This document shows positions 9,774-17,602 of a DNA stretch of 59,944 bases, one piece after another. Origin of the DNA: a virus (taxonomy: Duplodnaviria > Caudoviricetes); the IMG/VR virus record IMGVR_UViG_3300005525_000005, positions 1-59,944 of that record. One strand, 5' to 3'. Numbering within the stretch: the first letter of the stretch is position 1; the number at the start of each line of letters is the position of its first letter. The position numbers were made by a program, and so were the translations under genes. The notes below the pieces were generated by a model, which was given only the letters and a program-made list of their open reading frames with translations, did no database searches and was not told the DNA's origin.

Positions 9774-9979
9774 CACTTCTTCTTACTCCCGCACATGCCA
9801 CCCATATTCATCTTCGTCTTGCCTTTGCCCTTAGCAGGCATAGCAATCATAATGGCTACAGCAGCACCGGGCTTCTTGCCTTTGACAGCACCACCCTTTG
9901 CCATTTTCTTCTCAGCCATCATGCACTTGCCTGCTTTCTTACAGGCAGCGGTGTTGGGACATCCTGCACATGGCTTCAT
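9773..9979 (-). CDS. Small Lys-rich protein with two GG motifs
   Basis: KMAKGGAV, KMNMGGMC; N-terminal CxxC..C..C. Confidence 0.7.
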   Translation of the reverse strand: MKPCAGCPNTAACKKAGKCMMAEKKMAKGGAVKGKKPGAAVAIMIAMPAKGKGKTKMNMGGMCGSKKK

Positions 9980-10356
9980 TTCTTTTTCCCCTTTGCTGCA
10001 ACAGTTTTCTTCTTAACAACACCACCCTTTGCAAAGTCTGATGGCATAGTAAATTGTTTACCTACAGCACCCCTAAGAATTTGTTCTGCACCAGCTTTGT
10101 TGCCGGTACGACGAAGATAACGCAAAGCATCTGCTGATGTATATCGACGTTGTTGTGCTGGAGCTGTTGGTGCAGCACCACCGCCCGGCATATACGGAGC
10201 AGATTGTGGAGCAGACTTAGCCATTTCAGATTGCTGTGCCATCATTTGTGGTTGTTTAGCTGCCATATCTTTCGGAGGTGCTTGCATTCCTGTATTAGGA
10301 ACGCCACCACCCATAGCATACTTCTTAGCAGGCTTCTTTGTCATCATCGTCTTCAT
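9976..10356 (-). CDS. Lys-rich protein with two GG motifs
   Basis: KYAMGGGV, DFAKGGVV; overlapping start/stop. Confidence 0.7.
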   Translation of the reverse strand: MKTMMTKKPAKKYAMGGGVPNTGMQAPPKDMAAKQPQMMAQQSEMAKSAPQSAPYMPGGGAAPTAPAQQRRYTSADALRYLRRTGNKAGAEQILRGAVGKQFTMPSDFAKGGVVKKKTVAAKGKKK

Positions 10357-11102
10357 TTCTTCTTTCCTTTCACAGCACCGCCATACGCCAGCTTCTTAGG
10401 CGCAATGGCTTTCGTCTTCATAGAAGACGCACGTGCAAGCATGGGCTTCTTAGGGCCTTTAACGCCTGCATAGATGGTGGGGACGCTGCCACCCTTTGCC
10501 AAGCCAACAGACGCCCGCGCACGTTCGCGAGTGTCGTCAGAGATGTTCTCATGTTGTCCTTCATCTACCTTAGCAGACTTAGGCTTTGCCATCTCTGTTG
10601 TATAGCGCTTGCCCTGCCACGTAAACGTAGCCTTGTCGTCCTTACGCGCAGCAGCAAACGCTTCCTTGAACGTCATGTCAGCCTTCTTAGGCTCTTCCTT
10701 CTTAGCCTCTTCTTTACGCGGAGCAGGCTTGTCTTCATCCATTGTCCGAGGAGCAACAGAAACACGCTTAGGAGCGCTGTCTTCTTCGTCATCCATCATA
10801 GCCCTACCAGCACCATAGCCAGCGAGCCCAGCGCCTGCTACAGCGCCTGCACGGCTACCTGTACGAAGCATAGCCCTACCACCAGCCTCTTGCACACTAC
10901 GACGACGAAGTTCAGCGCCCTTCTTGATGTCTTCAGCTTCGTCAACACGTGCGCCCAAAGCCTTACGCATCTGAGCAACATCGCTCTTGGTTTCCTTGAC
11001 AACATCGTCGTCAAGATCGCCAGCAAGCCTGTTCTTGCCTTTGTTAGCAGCACCACGACGGGTAGTGCCACCAACACCCCTAGTCAACAAACGAGCTAAC
11101 AT
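10353..11102 (-). CDS. Putative internal virion protein with two GG motifs
   Basis: TFKEAFAAARK...FTWQGKRYTT module; LAKGGSV, LAYGGAV. Confidence 0.7.
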   Translation of the reverse strand: MLARLLTRGVGGTTRRGAANKGKNRLAGDLDDDVVKETKSDVAQMRKALGARVDEAEDIKKGAELRRRSVQEAGGRAMLRTGSRAGAVAGAGLAGYGAGRAMMDDEEDSAPKRVSVAPRTMDEDKPAPRKEEAKKEEPKKADMTFKEAFAAARKDDKATFTWQGKRYTTEMAKPKSAKVDEGQHENISDDTRERARASVGLAKGGSVPTIYAGVKGPKKPMLARASSMKTKAIAPKKLAYGGAVKGKKK

Positions 11103-11105
11103 ATT

Positions 11106-11477
11106 TCATTTCTTCCTATATTTAGCTGTCTTAGCAGCTACGCTTTCTGGTTGAGCAACAAATTGCTTACCAGCTTTACCACCAGCAGCCTTAGCAGCGT
11201 TTGTGGCTTTCTTTTCGCTATCACTCAAAGCAGACCAAGCCGCTTTAGGCAAATAACGCCGCTTTCCATCAGAGGGCTTCCCAGAAGACGTTGTCCACTC
11301 CTGCTTAGTCCATTTTGTCATAGACTTTTGAGCTTCTGTCTTTTCTCCTGTATAGCCACCACCCTTATCCTTATACATCTTACCAGCAAGCTGCATGGCT
11401 CTAGCTGAATGACCACCCATCTTAGCCTTCGCCTGAGCCTTTGCAGACTCCCACAGCCTTTCGTTAGTGCGTCCCAT
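11106..11477 (-). CDS. Basic hypothetical protein (DUF5872-like)
   Basis: SARAMQL, GGGY, KWTKQEW, RYLPKAAW motifs. Confidence 0.65.
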   Translation of the reverse strand: MGRTNERLWESAKAQAKAKMGGHSARAMQLAGKMYKDKGGGYTGEKTEAQKSMTKWTKQEWTTSSGKPSDGKRRYLPKAAWSALSDSEKKATNAAKAAGGKAGKQFVAQPESVAAKTAKYRKK

Positions 11478-11749
11478 TAACGTAAACTTCCGTCTTGCTT
11501 ACGCTTAACGCTTCTGTTCTTGCTGGCAGCGACAACGCGCAAATTACCACGCCCATTGCCACCACCCTTCGACAAAGGCTTTTTGTGATCGACATCACGC
11601 CCGTCTCCTTTGTAAGCCCTTCCCTCTTCCATCATCAACGCTCTAGCAGCATTACGCTTTGAACGCTCTTTGACACGTGTGGGCTTGTTGTCCTTTTCCC
11701 ACTCAAGCTCGGCAGAATAGTTTCTCTGCCCATTCTTCATAAACGGCAT
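11477..11749 (-). CDS. Small HNH endonuclease (possibly packaging-associated)
   Basis: DVDHKKPLSKGGGNGRGNLRVV...NRS. Confidence 0.8.
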   Translation of the reverse strand: MPFMKNGQRNYSAELEWEKDNKPTRVKERSKRNAARALMMEEGRAYKGDGRDVDHKKPLSKGGGNGRGNLRVVAASKNRSVKRKQDGSLR

Positions 11750-11754
11750 ATGTG

Positions 11755-12021
11755 TTAATGGAAAAATTTACTACCAAACTGAATAAGAGCAAACAACGTA
11801 ATGGCAAGGCTCCATACACCAATGCCTCTGTTCACCCACATCTGCACCGTCTTGTCTGTCTTGCCTACAGCAGTCTCAACAGCTACAACACGCTGCTCCA
11901 CTCTACCAATACGTTCGCCTTGATTTGCCAGCCGCTCTTCAACAAGAACAAGCTTCATAACAGCATCAGCCAACTTATCCACTTTGCCTTCAAGGCGACG
12001 AAAGTCTTCATCATTCATCAT
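11755..12021 (-). CDS. Coiled-coil protein with C-terminal TM helix (holin-like)
   Basis: Heptad region then GIGVWSLAITLFALIQFG. Confidence 0.55.
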   Translation of the reverse strand: MMNDEDFRRLEGKVDKLADAVMKLVLVEERLANQGERIGRVEQRVVAVETAVGKTDKTVQMWVNRGIGVWSLAITLFALIQFGSKFFH

Positions 12022-12022
12022 G

Positions 12023-12274
12023 TTAACATGCCCAAGCTTTTAATGACAACGCCTTGCGCGTTGGCTTACCTTTATCATCCTTCATAGGCCCCGGCATAGC
12101 TCCCATGCGGGAGCAAAAGCTCTTGCGCCTGTTAGCGTCCTTCTTCGTCTTTGGATTGGGTGCTGGAGGCTTCAGATTGCCACCAGTGGCTTTGTTGTAA
12201 GAGGCTCTGCCTTTGGCATTGAGGCCGCCTTTGGCATCCTGTCCCTCTTTACGTTGCCACGCTAAAGTTTTCAT
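12023..12274 (-). CDS. Small basic protein (DUF6321-like)
   Basis: GGLNAKGRASYN...RRKSFCSRM...SLKAWAC. Confidence 0.7.
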   Translation of the reverse strand: MKTLAWQRKEGQDAKGGLNAKGRASYNKATGGNLKPPAPNPKTKKDANRRKSFCSRMGAMPGPMKDDKGKPTRKALSLKAWAC

Positions 12275-12319
12275 AGGAGCGCGTTGTATCACTAAAAGAA
12301 ACAACAGACAACATGTCTG

Positions 12320-12595
12320 CTATTTCTTCCTTCTATTAACAACACCCTCATACCAGCCTTCGGCACGCATCGCTTTTTCAACAAGAGGAAGGGGTATAAC
12401 AAATCCTGTATGCTTCTCTAATGCACTTCGTAAATAATAGACATCAGAATGAAACGCAACTGTCTTTACTTCTTCTCGTTGCTTAAAAACTTCCTTCATT
12501 GCTAACGAATAGTAGCTATGAGGAGGCTTATTAATTTTGTTCTTAAGTTCTTCTCGCGTTTGAAATGGCATTGAAATGGCTTTCTGATGAAACAT
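12320..12595 (-). CDS. Hypothetical protein, first gene of the late arm
   Basis: ORF with HSDVYYLRSALE motif; start uncertain. Confidence 0.6.
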   Translation of the reverse strand: MFHQKAISMPFQTREELKNKINKPPHSYYSLAMKEVFKQREEVKTVAFHSDVYYLRSALEKHTGFVIPLPLVEKAMRAEGWYEGVVNRRKK

Positions 12596-12849
12596 AGAGC
12601 TTCAACAAAAATACATTCTAAACAACTATGCATGTGTTGTCAACTATATAGCTATATAGATGTTATCGTTGCTATAGCGCTGATAGCGCTAATGAAATCG
12701 TTGATGTATCAACAAAATAAACAATGATGTATCAATGATTCCATCAGTGCAAATTAGAAAACGTTGACAAGTGTTAAGGATATTTTTAACTGATAGCGCT
12801 GATGTATATTCATTAATTACTTCAACACTATGTTATTACTATTGTGTAG

Positions 12850-13030
12850 ACGGACTTAGCCTTCCTGCTTAGTCCTTTACACAACATGGTTGCGACTCGG
12901 AAGCCTTTCGACATTAGGACGCTGCCTTCGCCATCCTGTTGCGCTGTTTCAATGTCTATCCCGCAGTAGCGCTTTAACGTCTTTGCAGACGCTGCCAGAT
13001 GCTGCCGTTATCCGTTCATCCGACAGCGCC
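12850..13030 (-). ncRNA. Candidate structured RNA / late leader
   Basis: Consecutive hairpins just downstream of a promoter; no credible ORF. Confidence 0.4.
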
Positions 13031-13060
13031 AGTTTTACACGCGGTGACATGTGTTGTCAA
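13031..13060 (-). promoter_or_regulatory. Leftward sigma70-like promoter
   Basis: TTGACA-18 bp-AAAACT. Confidence 0.5.
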
Positions 13061-13353
13061 GAGCTTTGGCAAAAATGATGTTGTTCCTAAGATCGTCAGT
13101 ATGCTGATGAAAGTGACATTGTCGTTGGAGCTGTGTTTGGATGGTGGCGTGTGGGGGAGACTATGTTAGTAGGCGCTAACATGTGTTAAAATACCTGTTC
13201 TGTGTGTCAGCGTGTATATAGTAGCGCTGCCACCCCCCAGTGGCCCACGCCCGCCCCCGTCATGCCAGCGCCTCACGCACAGCGCATCAGGCATGTGCGA
13301 TCACGCATAATGCGCTGCGTCATGTGATCACGTGTGTGTGGATTTCCTATAGA

Positions 13354-13366
13354 AATCAACAACTTA
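13354..13366 (+). promoter_or_regulatory. IHF consensus site
   Basis: AATCAAcaacTTA matches WATCAANNNNTTR. Confidence 0.45.
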
Positions 13367-13589
13367 GCTCTATGTCTATGACATAAACGAAATTGCCGTC
13401 AGACGGTGAAAATCGTTATATAAGTAGTCGCTTATATAAGCCTTCATCGAAGATGAAGAGACGATGTATGACATCAACCCCCATCACCCTACGTCACAAT
13501 GCACACCCCCTATGATGCGTGACATCATGCGCCTACACCGCATATACGCGCATGCACGGCAACGTAGTTGCCAATGAAGGACGACAAAG

Positions 13590-13679
13590 ACCCTACGTTT
13601 GACTCGGACATTAAAAGGTCGGCACAATGCATCCCATCGAAACAACGGCATCCCGCCGAGTCCTGAAAGGAAACATAGC
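13590..13679 (+). promoter_or_regulatory. Early promoter/leader cassette 1
   Basis: ACCCTACGT-TTGACT-18-CACAAT-GCATCCCATCG...TCCTGAAAGGAAAC. Confidence 0.75.
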
Positions 13680-13901
13680 ATGTGCAATCAAGTGGAAGTT
13701 ATCCGCATCGTCTTTCACGAAGTGAAAGGGGATGATGGCAAGTGGACGAAGACGAGCCGTGCGTTTATGAGCAATGCTGACGCAGTGCGTGAGATTGAAA
13801 CGCTGCAAGAGTTTGCAAAGCAAAGGCGCCCATTCATCCGTAAGGTGGTGCCTGAGCCTATGCTGACGGTGCTGTACCCGACACAAAACCCCTTCGCTTG
13901 A
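13680..13901 (+). CDS. Early hypothetical protein
   Basis: ATG after AAAGGAAAC RBS; 73 aa. Confidence 0.65.
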   Translation: MCNQVEVIRIVFHEVKGDDGKWTKTSRAFMSNADAVREIETLQEFAKQRRPFIRKVVPEPMLTVLYPTQNPFA

Positions 13902-13975
13902 CAGGGTTTTTCGTAAGCCCCGATAATGCATCCCATCGACGGCACAGTGTCATCGTCTTCCTGAAAGGAAACATC
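13888..13975 (+). promoter_or_regulatory. Early promoter/leader cassette 2
   Basis: ACCCCTTCGC-TTGACA-18-GATAAT-GCATCCCATCG...TTCCTGAAAGGAAAC. Confidence 0.75.
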
Positions 13976-14620
13976 ATGATCCGTATCAGCGTCACCAGCA
14001 AGCTTGATGGCAATCGCTCATGGAGCTTGCAAGCTCTCGACACTTGCCCCGGTAGCATCTCTGCCGCTGGTGTACTTGTAGATGCATGCTCTGGTTGCTA
14101 TGCAACGACGGGCAACTACCACTATCCCAACGTGAAGGAGCCACGCATTGCCAATCGTGAAGATTGGAAGCGTGATGCATGGGTTGATGACATGGTGGTT
14201 GCATTGGCGAAGGACAAGTTCTTTCGCTGGTTCGACAGTGGCGACATGTATGCTCTCGGCCTTGCCGAGAAAATCTATCAAGTGATGCAGCGTACACCAT
14301 TAACCCGCCATTGGTTGCCTACTCGCATGGCGAAGTTTGCCAAGTTTGCCGACGTCATCCGTAGGATGAAGGCGCTTGACAATGTGTCCGTTCGCTTTAG
14401 CAGCGACAGCATCGATGGTGTGTATGGTGCAGAACATGGCTCTGTCATTGTCCACGATGCTGAGTCTGCCCCTGAAGGTGTGTTTCTGTGCCGTGCTTAC
14501 GAGAACGATGGCAAGTGCAGCGGATGCCGTGCATGCTGGAACAAGGATGTGCCTGTCATTGCCTACCCTGCCCACGGTGCGAAGATGATGAAGGTGATTA
14601 GGTTGAGCGCCGTACACTGA
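13976..14620 (+). CDS. Gp88-like Cys-rich protein (radical-SAM-like)
   Basis: TCPG...ACSGCYA, FRWFDSGD, HWLPTR, CSGCRACW, YPAHG. Confidence 0.75.
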   Translation: MIRISVTSKLDGNRSWSLQALDTCPGSISAAGVLVDACSGCYATTGNYHYPNVKEPRIANREDWKRDAWVDDMVVALAKDKFFRWFDSGDMYALGLAEKIYQVMQRTPLTRHWLPTRMAKFAKFADVIRRMKALDNVSVRFSSDSIDGVYGAEHGSVIVHDAESAPEGVFLCRAYENDGKCSGCRACWNKDVPVIAYPAHGAKMMKVIRLSAVH

Positions 14621-14656
14621 ACGACGGAGGGGCTGTAAGCCCCACGTTTTCGAAAG

Positions 14657-14695
14657 ACCCTACGTTTGACAGGGCTTTTCGAAAGCGTCAATAAT
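14657..14695 (+). promoter_or_regulatory. Early promoter 3
   Basis: ACCCTACGT-TTGACA-18-AATAAT. Confidence 0.7.
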
Positions 14696-14701
14696 GTAAG
14701 C

Positions 14702-14843
14702 AATGCAGCACGATGCGAGTCGGTGAGAAGCTAGCCGGGTGATGCCGGGTTCCGACAGACACATCATGCTGAAGTGTGACGGAGCATGTAGGTTACATGT
14801 AACGTTGTGCGAAAGCTGACGGCAGAGTCGAAAGGCCCTGCAG
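14702..14843 (+). ncRNA. Candidate multi-stem ncRNA
   Basis: Nested helices between two promoters; no ORF or RBS. Confidence 0.55.
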
Positions 14844-14873
14844 TTGACTCGGGAAATGACATCGCCCTACAAT
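14844..14873 (+). promoter_or_regulatory. Early promoter 4
   Basis: TTGACT-18-TACAAT. Confidence 0.7.
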
Positions 14874-14903
14874 GGATGCCTCGGCAAGCCTCGGTTTGCC
14901 ATC

Positions 14904-14932
14904 GATGCGAAAGCGTCAACGCTCTTTAACAA
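14904..14932 (+). promoter_or_regulatory. boxB-boxA antitermination site
   Basis: GATGC-GAAA-GCGTC hairpin then CGCTCTTTAACAA (rrn boxA consensus GCTCTTTAACA). Confidence 0.7.
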
Positions 14933-15139
14933 CCCGCTGCTAGTGTCGGTGCATGTGACAGATGCACTATGGACTAGCGTGAATGATGCATACGTCAATG
15001 TGTCATGCACCATCACACATGGTGCTGAAAATGTGTGAGCTTCCCCGAGTGAGAGTGGGTGCTCTTGCGTTAGGGGGTTTTCTTCAGCGTTGCGAGTCAG
15101 CGCTGAACAAAGCAATGGCTTTTCCGAAAGGAAACAAAC

Positions 15140-15337
15140 ATGTGGAATAAGCAAGGCATGCAAGTGAAGGCAACGTATCACGGCAAGTATGTGTCGGGCG
15201 TTGTCACATCTAGCCGCGTCAAGTATGGCGGCACAGTGCAGCACACCATCTCCCTCAATGCACCTATCATGCTGCGTTGGCGCAGTGAGCCGGTGCATAC
15301 TGTTCTGGTTGACGACGACAACGTTGTCCTTTCCTGA
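15140..15337 (+). CDS. Early hypothetical protein
   Basis: RBS AAAGGAAAC; SRVKYGGTVQHT motif. Confidence 0.75.
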   Translation: MWNKQGMQVKATYHGKYVSGVVTSSRVKYGGTVQHTISLNAPIMLRWRSEPVHTVLVDDDNVVLS

Positions 15338-15348
15338 AAGGAAACATC

Positions 15349-15423
15349 ATGACATACACACTGCTTGTGCTATTCGCTCCCATCATTCTGATGGGCATCG
15401 CCATCATCATCGCTGGAGAATAA
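15349..15423 (+). CDS. 24-aa membrane peptide
   Basis: MTYTLLVLFAPIILMGIAIIIAGE after cassette RBS. Confidence 0.6.
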   Translation: MTYTLLVLFAPIILMGIAIIIAGE

Positions 15424-15461
15424 CCCCACGCTTTACTCGGCTTTGATAACGTCGATATAAT
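15421..15461 (+). promoter_or_regulatory. Early promoter 5
   Basis: TAACCCCACGC-TTTACT-18-TATAAT; near-identical to 15715-15755. Confidence 0.75.
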
Positions 15462-15498
15462 TGTCGGCATCACTTCCTCCTCACACAAAGGACACACC

Positions 15499-15717
15499 AT
15501 GTACATGAACGCAATGGTCACAGAATGCGACGTCACTGGTGCCCGTTATGATGCACCAGTTGCGGGTTCATATGCGGTAGCACGTGGTGCTACAGGGCGT
15601 TGGTGTGTAGTGCTTGCCTTCGGCCCAGAGGCAACAAAGCAACATGCTGGTAAGCTGTTGAGCGAAGACGATGTAAGAAACATCGTCGAAGCAAAGGGGG
15701 AATGGCTCGACTATTAA
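15499..15717 (+). CDS. Early hypothetical protein
   Basis: AAGGA RBS; bounded by two repeated cassettes. Confidence 0.7.
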   Translation: MYMNAMVTECDVTGARYDAPVAGSYAVARGATGRWCVVLAFGPEATKQHAGKLLSEDDVRNIVEAKGEWLDY

Positions 15718-15803
15718 CCCCACGCTTTACTCGGCTTTCACAACGTCGATATAATGCATCCCATCGGCAGCACTTCGCTGCTCTCTTCCTGAAAGGACAC
15801 AAC
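15715..15803 (+). promoter_or_regulatory. Early promoter/leader cassette 6
   Basis: TTTACT-18-TATAAT-GCATCCCATCG, GCAGC/GCTGC hairpin, TTCCTGAAAGGAC. Confidence 0.75.
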
Positions 15804-15983
15804 GTGAACGACATCATCTCCGCCATCCGCCGCACCCTGCAACGTAAGCTTGCCCGCTACGTCATCACCGTCTATTGGGAAGGCGACACGTTCAAGCACT
15901 ATACATTCAAGCGTAATGAAATCAGGGAATGGGTTGACGCCTACCCTGCCGACGTTGACACCATCGTCATTGCCCGTTACTAA
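15804..15983 (+). CDS. Early hypothetical protein
   Basis: GTG start after cassette RBS. Confidence 0.65.
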   Translation: MNDIISAIRRTLQRKLARYVITVYWEGDTFKHYTFKRNEIREWVDAYPADVDTIVIARY

Positions 15984-16010
15984 CCCTCCGCTTTCCTGAA
16001 AGGAAACACC

Positions 16011-16418
16011 ATGACATTGTCCGCATCAATCGCAGGTAAAGTATTCGTCTACTTCAATCTGCATCGCAAGTGCCTCAGCATCAAGGCGCTGGAGGGTGAA
16101 TACAAGGGTAAGGTGATAGGCTATGCCGACACGGTGGCGCTGCACAATTGCAAGTTCAAGGTGTCAGAGGCAGGGCGTCAGCGTGTCATCCGTGAGAAGC
16201 GCAAGAATGTGCATGCTGGTGTTGTCGGACACCTCATAAGCCTCAATCCCTGCGGCTATTTCATCGACGCCATCAAGAACATCGGCAGCCCCGTCAAATA
16301 TAACCCATACAAATATACGTCATTCGTTCATGCTGTGAACGAGACACCTGTACATGAGGCACGACACGTTGCCATCATTGCCAGCAATGGCAAGGCTTCC
16401 ATCTTTGCGGAGACTTAA
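16011..16418 (+). CDS. Conserved phage hypothetical protein
   Basis: VYFNLH...FKVSEAGRQRV..EKRKNVHA...YNPYK motif set. Confidence 0.8.
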   Translation: MTLSASIAGKVFVYFNLHRKCLSIKALEGEYKGKVIGYADTVALHNCKFKVSEAGRQRVIREKRKNVHAGVVGHLISLNPCGYFIDAIKNIGSPVKYNPYKYTSFVHAVNETPVHEARHVAIIASNGKASIFAET

Positions 16419-16420
16419 AC

Positions 16421-16639
16421 ATGCTCTCACATCGTTTCTACCTATCAGGTGGCAGCAACGGCTGGTGCATCAACGACGCAGCAATGGGCATGCCAGTGTG
16501 TGCTGACAAGCGTACACCACAGGCTGCGTTGGAGGTGGCGAAGGAGCTGAAGCTCGACATCTCCCCGCAGATGTGGTGCAGGAACACGCTGCAATGGGTT
16601 GACATCGTTGCCACGCTGTACAAAAGCCCCTCTGCTTGA
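16421..16639 (+). CDS. Hypothetical protein
   Basis: 72 aa, GGAG RBS, coupled. Confidence 0.6.
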   Translation: MLSHRFYLSGGSNGWCINDAAMGMPVCADKRTPQAALEVAKELKLDISPQMWCRNTLQWVDIVATLYKSPSA

Positions 16640-16665
16640 CTCAACAAATATCTTTCGCTTACACT
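16636..16665 (+). promoter_or_regulatory. Early promoter 7
   Basis: TTGACT-18-TACACT followed by duplicated hairpin CGCAGCAATGTCGCTGC. Confidence 0.65.
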
Positions 16666-16734
16666 TCAATCCGTCGCAGCAATGTCGCTGCAACAAACGC
16701 AGCAATGTCGCTGCCTCCTTCTGAAAGAAACATC

Positions 16735-17589
16735 ATGCGTCAATCCCTCATCTTCTCCCGTCGCACCGACAACGGCATCATGTCTGCAAACGACATCATG
16801 TCCCGTGCTCCTGCCGTGTTCTCTGACACGAAGGCATCACGACTGACCGACCGTTACCAATCTCTGCGTACTAGCGACCTGCTGCCTGTCATGGCAGACT
16901 ACGGCTACTTCCCGACACAGGCTGCACAGAAGCGTGTGACGAAGGCATCGCCGGTTGCTGCCGAGCATAAGACACACATGGTTGCGTTTGCCAAGCATGA
17001 CGACAACGGCAACGGTAATGTGAGAGGCGAGATCATTGTGTACAACAGCCACGACGGCACCTCTGCAGTGCGGTTGTTTGCTGGTGCCTATCGCTTCATC
17101 TGCAGCAACGGCATCGTTGCTGGTGAAGGCATGCAACAGCGCATCCATCACACTGTCAAGTCGCTGGCAAACTTCGAGGAGTCGCTGCGTACCACCGTCA
17201 GCAATCTGCCGATGGTGCTGGCAGCGCTTGAGGCTGCACGTAACATCACCCTCGACGGACAACAGCGCTATGAGCTGGCGAAGCAAGCGGTGATGAAGCG
17301 TTGGGGCTTGTTCGACGACACCATCGTCGACGTTGACGGACGCCCCGTGAAGGGCAGCTATGCCACGACGAAGACCATTGCTGATGCTCTCGGTGTACAG
17401 CGTAGTGAAGACGACTTGTCCGACGCCTTCACTGTGTGGAATCGCATTCAGGAGAATGTGTTGCGTGGCAACGTGATGATCAAGTCCATCACCGACAACA
17501 ACGTCGGCATGCGTAAGGCTCGACCCATCACCGCAGTGGCAGAGCATGTCCGTGTCAACACGGAGTTGTTCGACCTGCTGCCTGCATAA
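16735..17589 (+). CDS. DUF932 family protein
   Basis: NSHDGTS, GAYRFICSNG, WNRIQENV motifs. Confidence 0.85.
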   Translation: MRQSLIFSRRTDNGIMSANDIMSRAPAVFSDTKASRLTDRYQSLRTSDLLPVMADYGYFPTQAAQKRVTKASPVAAEHKTHMVAFAKHDDNGNGNVRGEIIVYNSHDGTSAVRLFAGAYRFICSNGIVAGEGMQQRIHHTVKSLANFEESLRTTVSNLPMVLAALEAARNITLDGQQRYELAKQAVMKRWGLFDDTIVDVDGRPVKGSYATTKTIADALGVQRSEDDLSDAFTVWNRIQENVLRGNVMIKSITDNNVGMRKARPITAVAEHVRVNTELFDLLPA

Positions 17590-17602
17590 GGGCTGACGTC
17601 TT

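Noticed and set aside
13160-13325. dif-like XerCD site
   Set aside because: CGCATAA and TGTTAAA half-matches are not adjacent at 6-bp spacing
14810-14835. Hammerhead core (CTGACGG...GAAA)
   Set aside because: Invariant A9 missing and no convincing stems I and III
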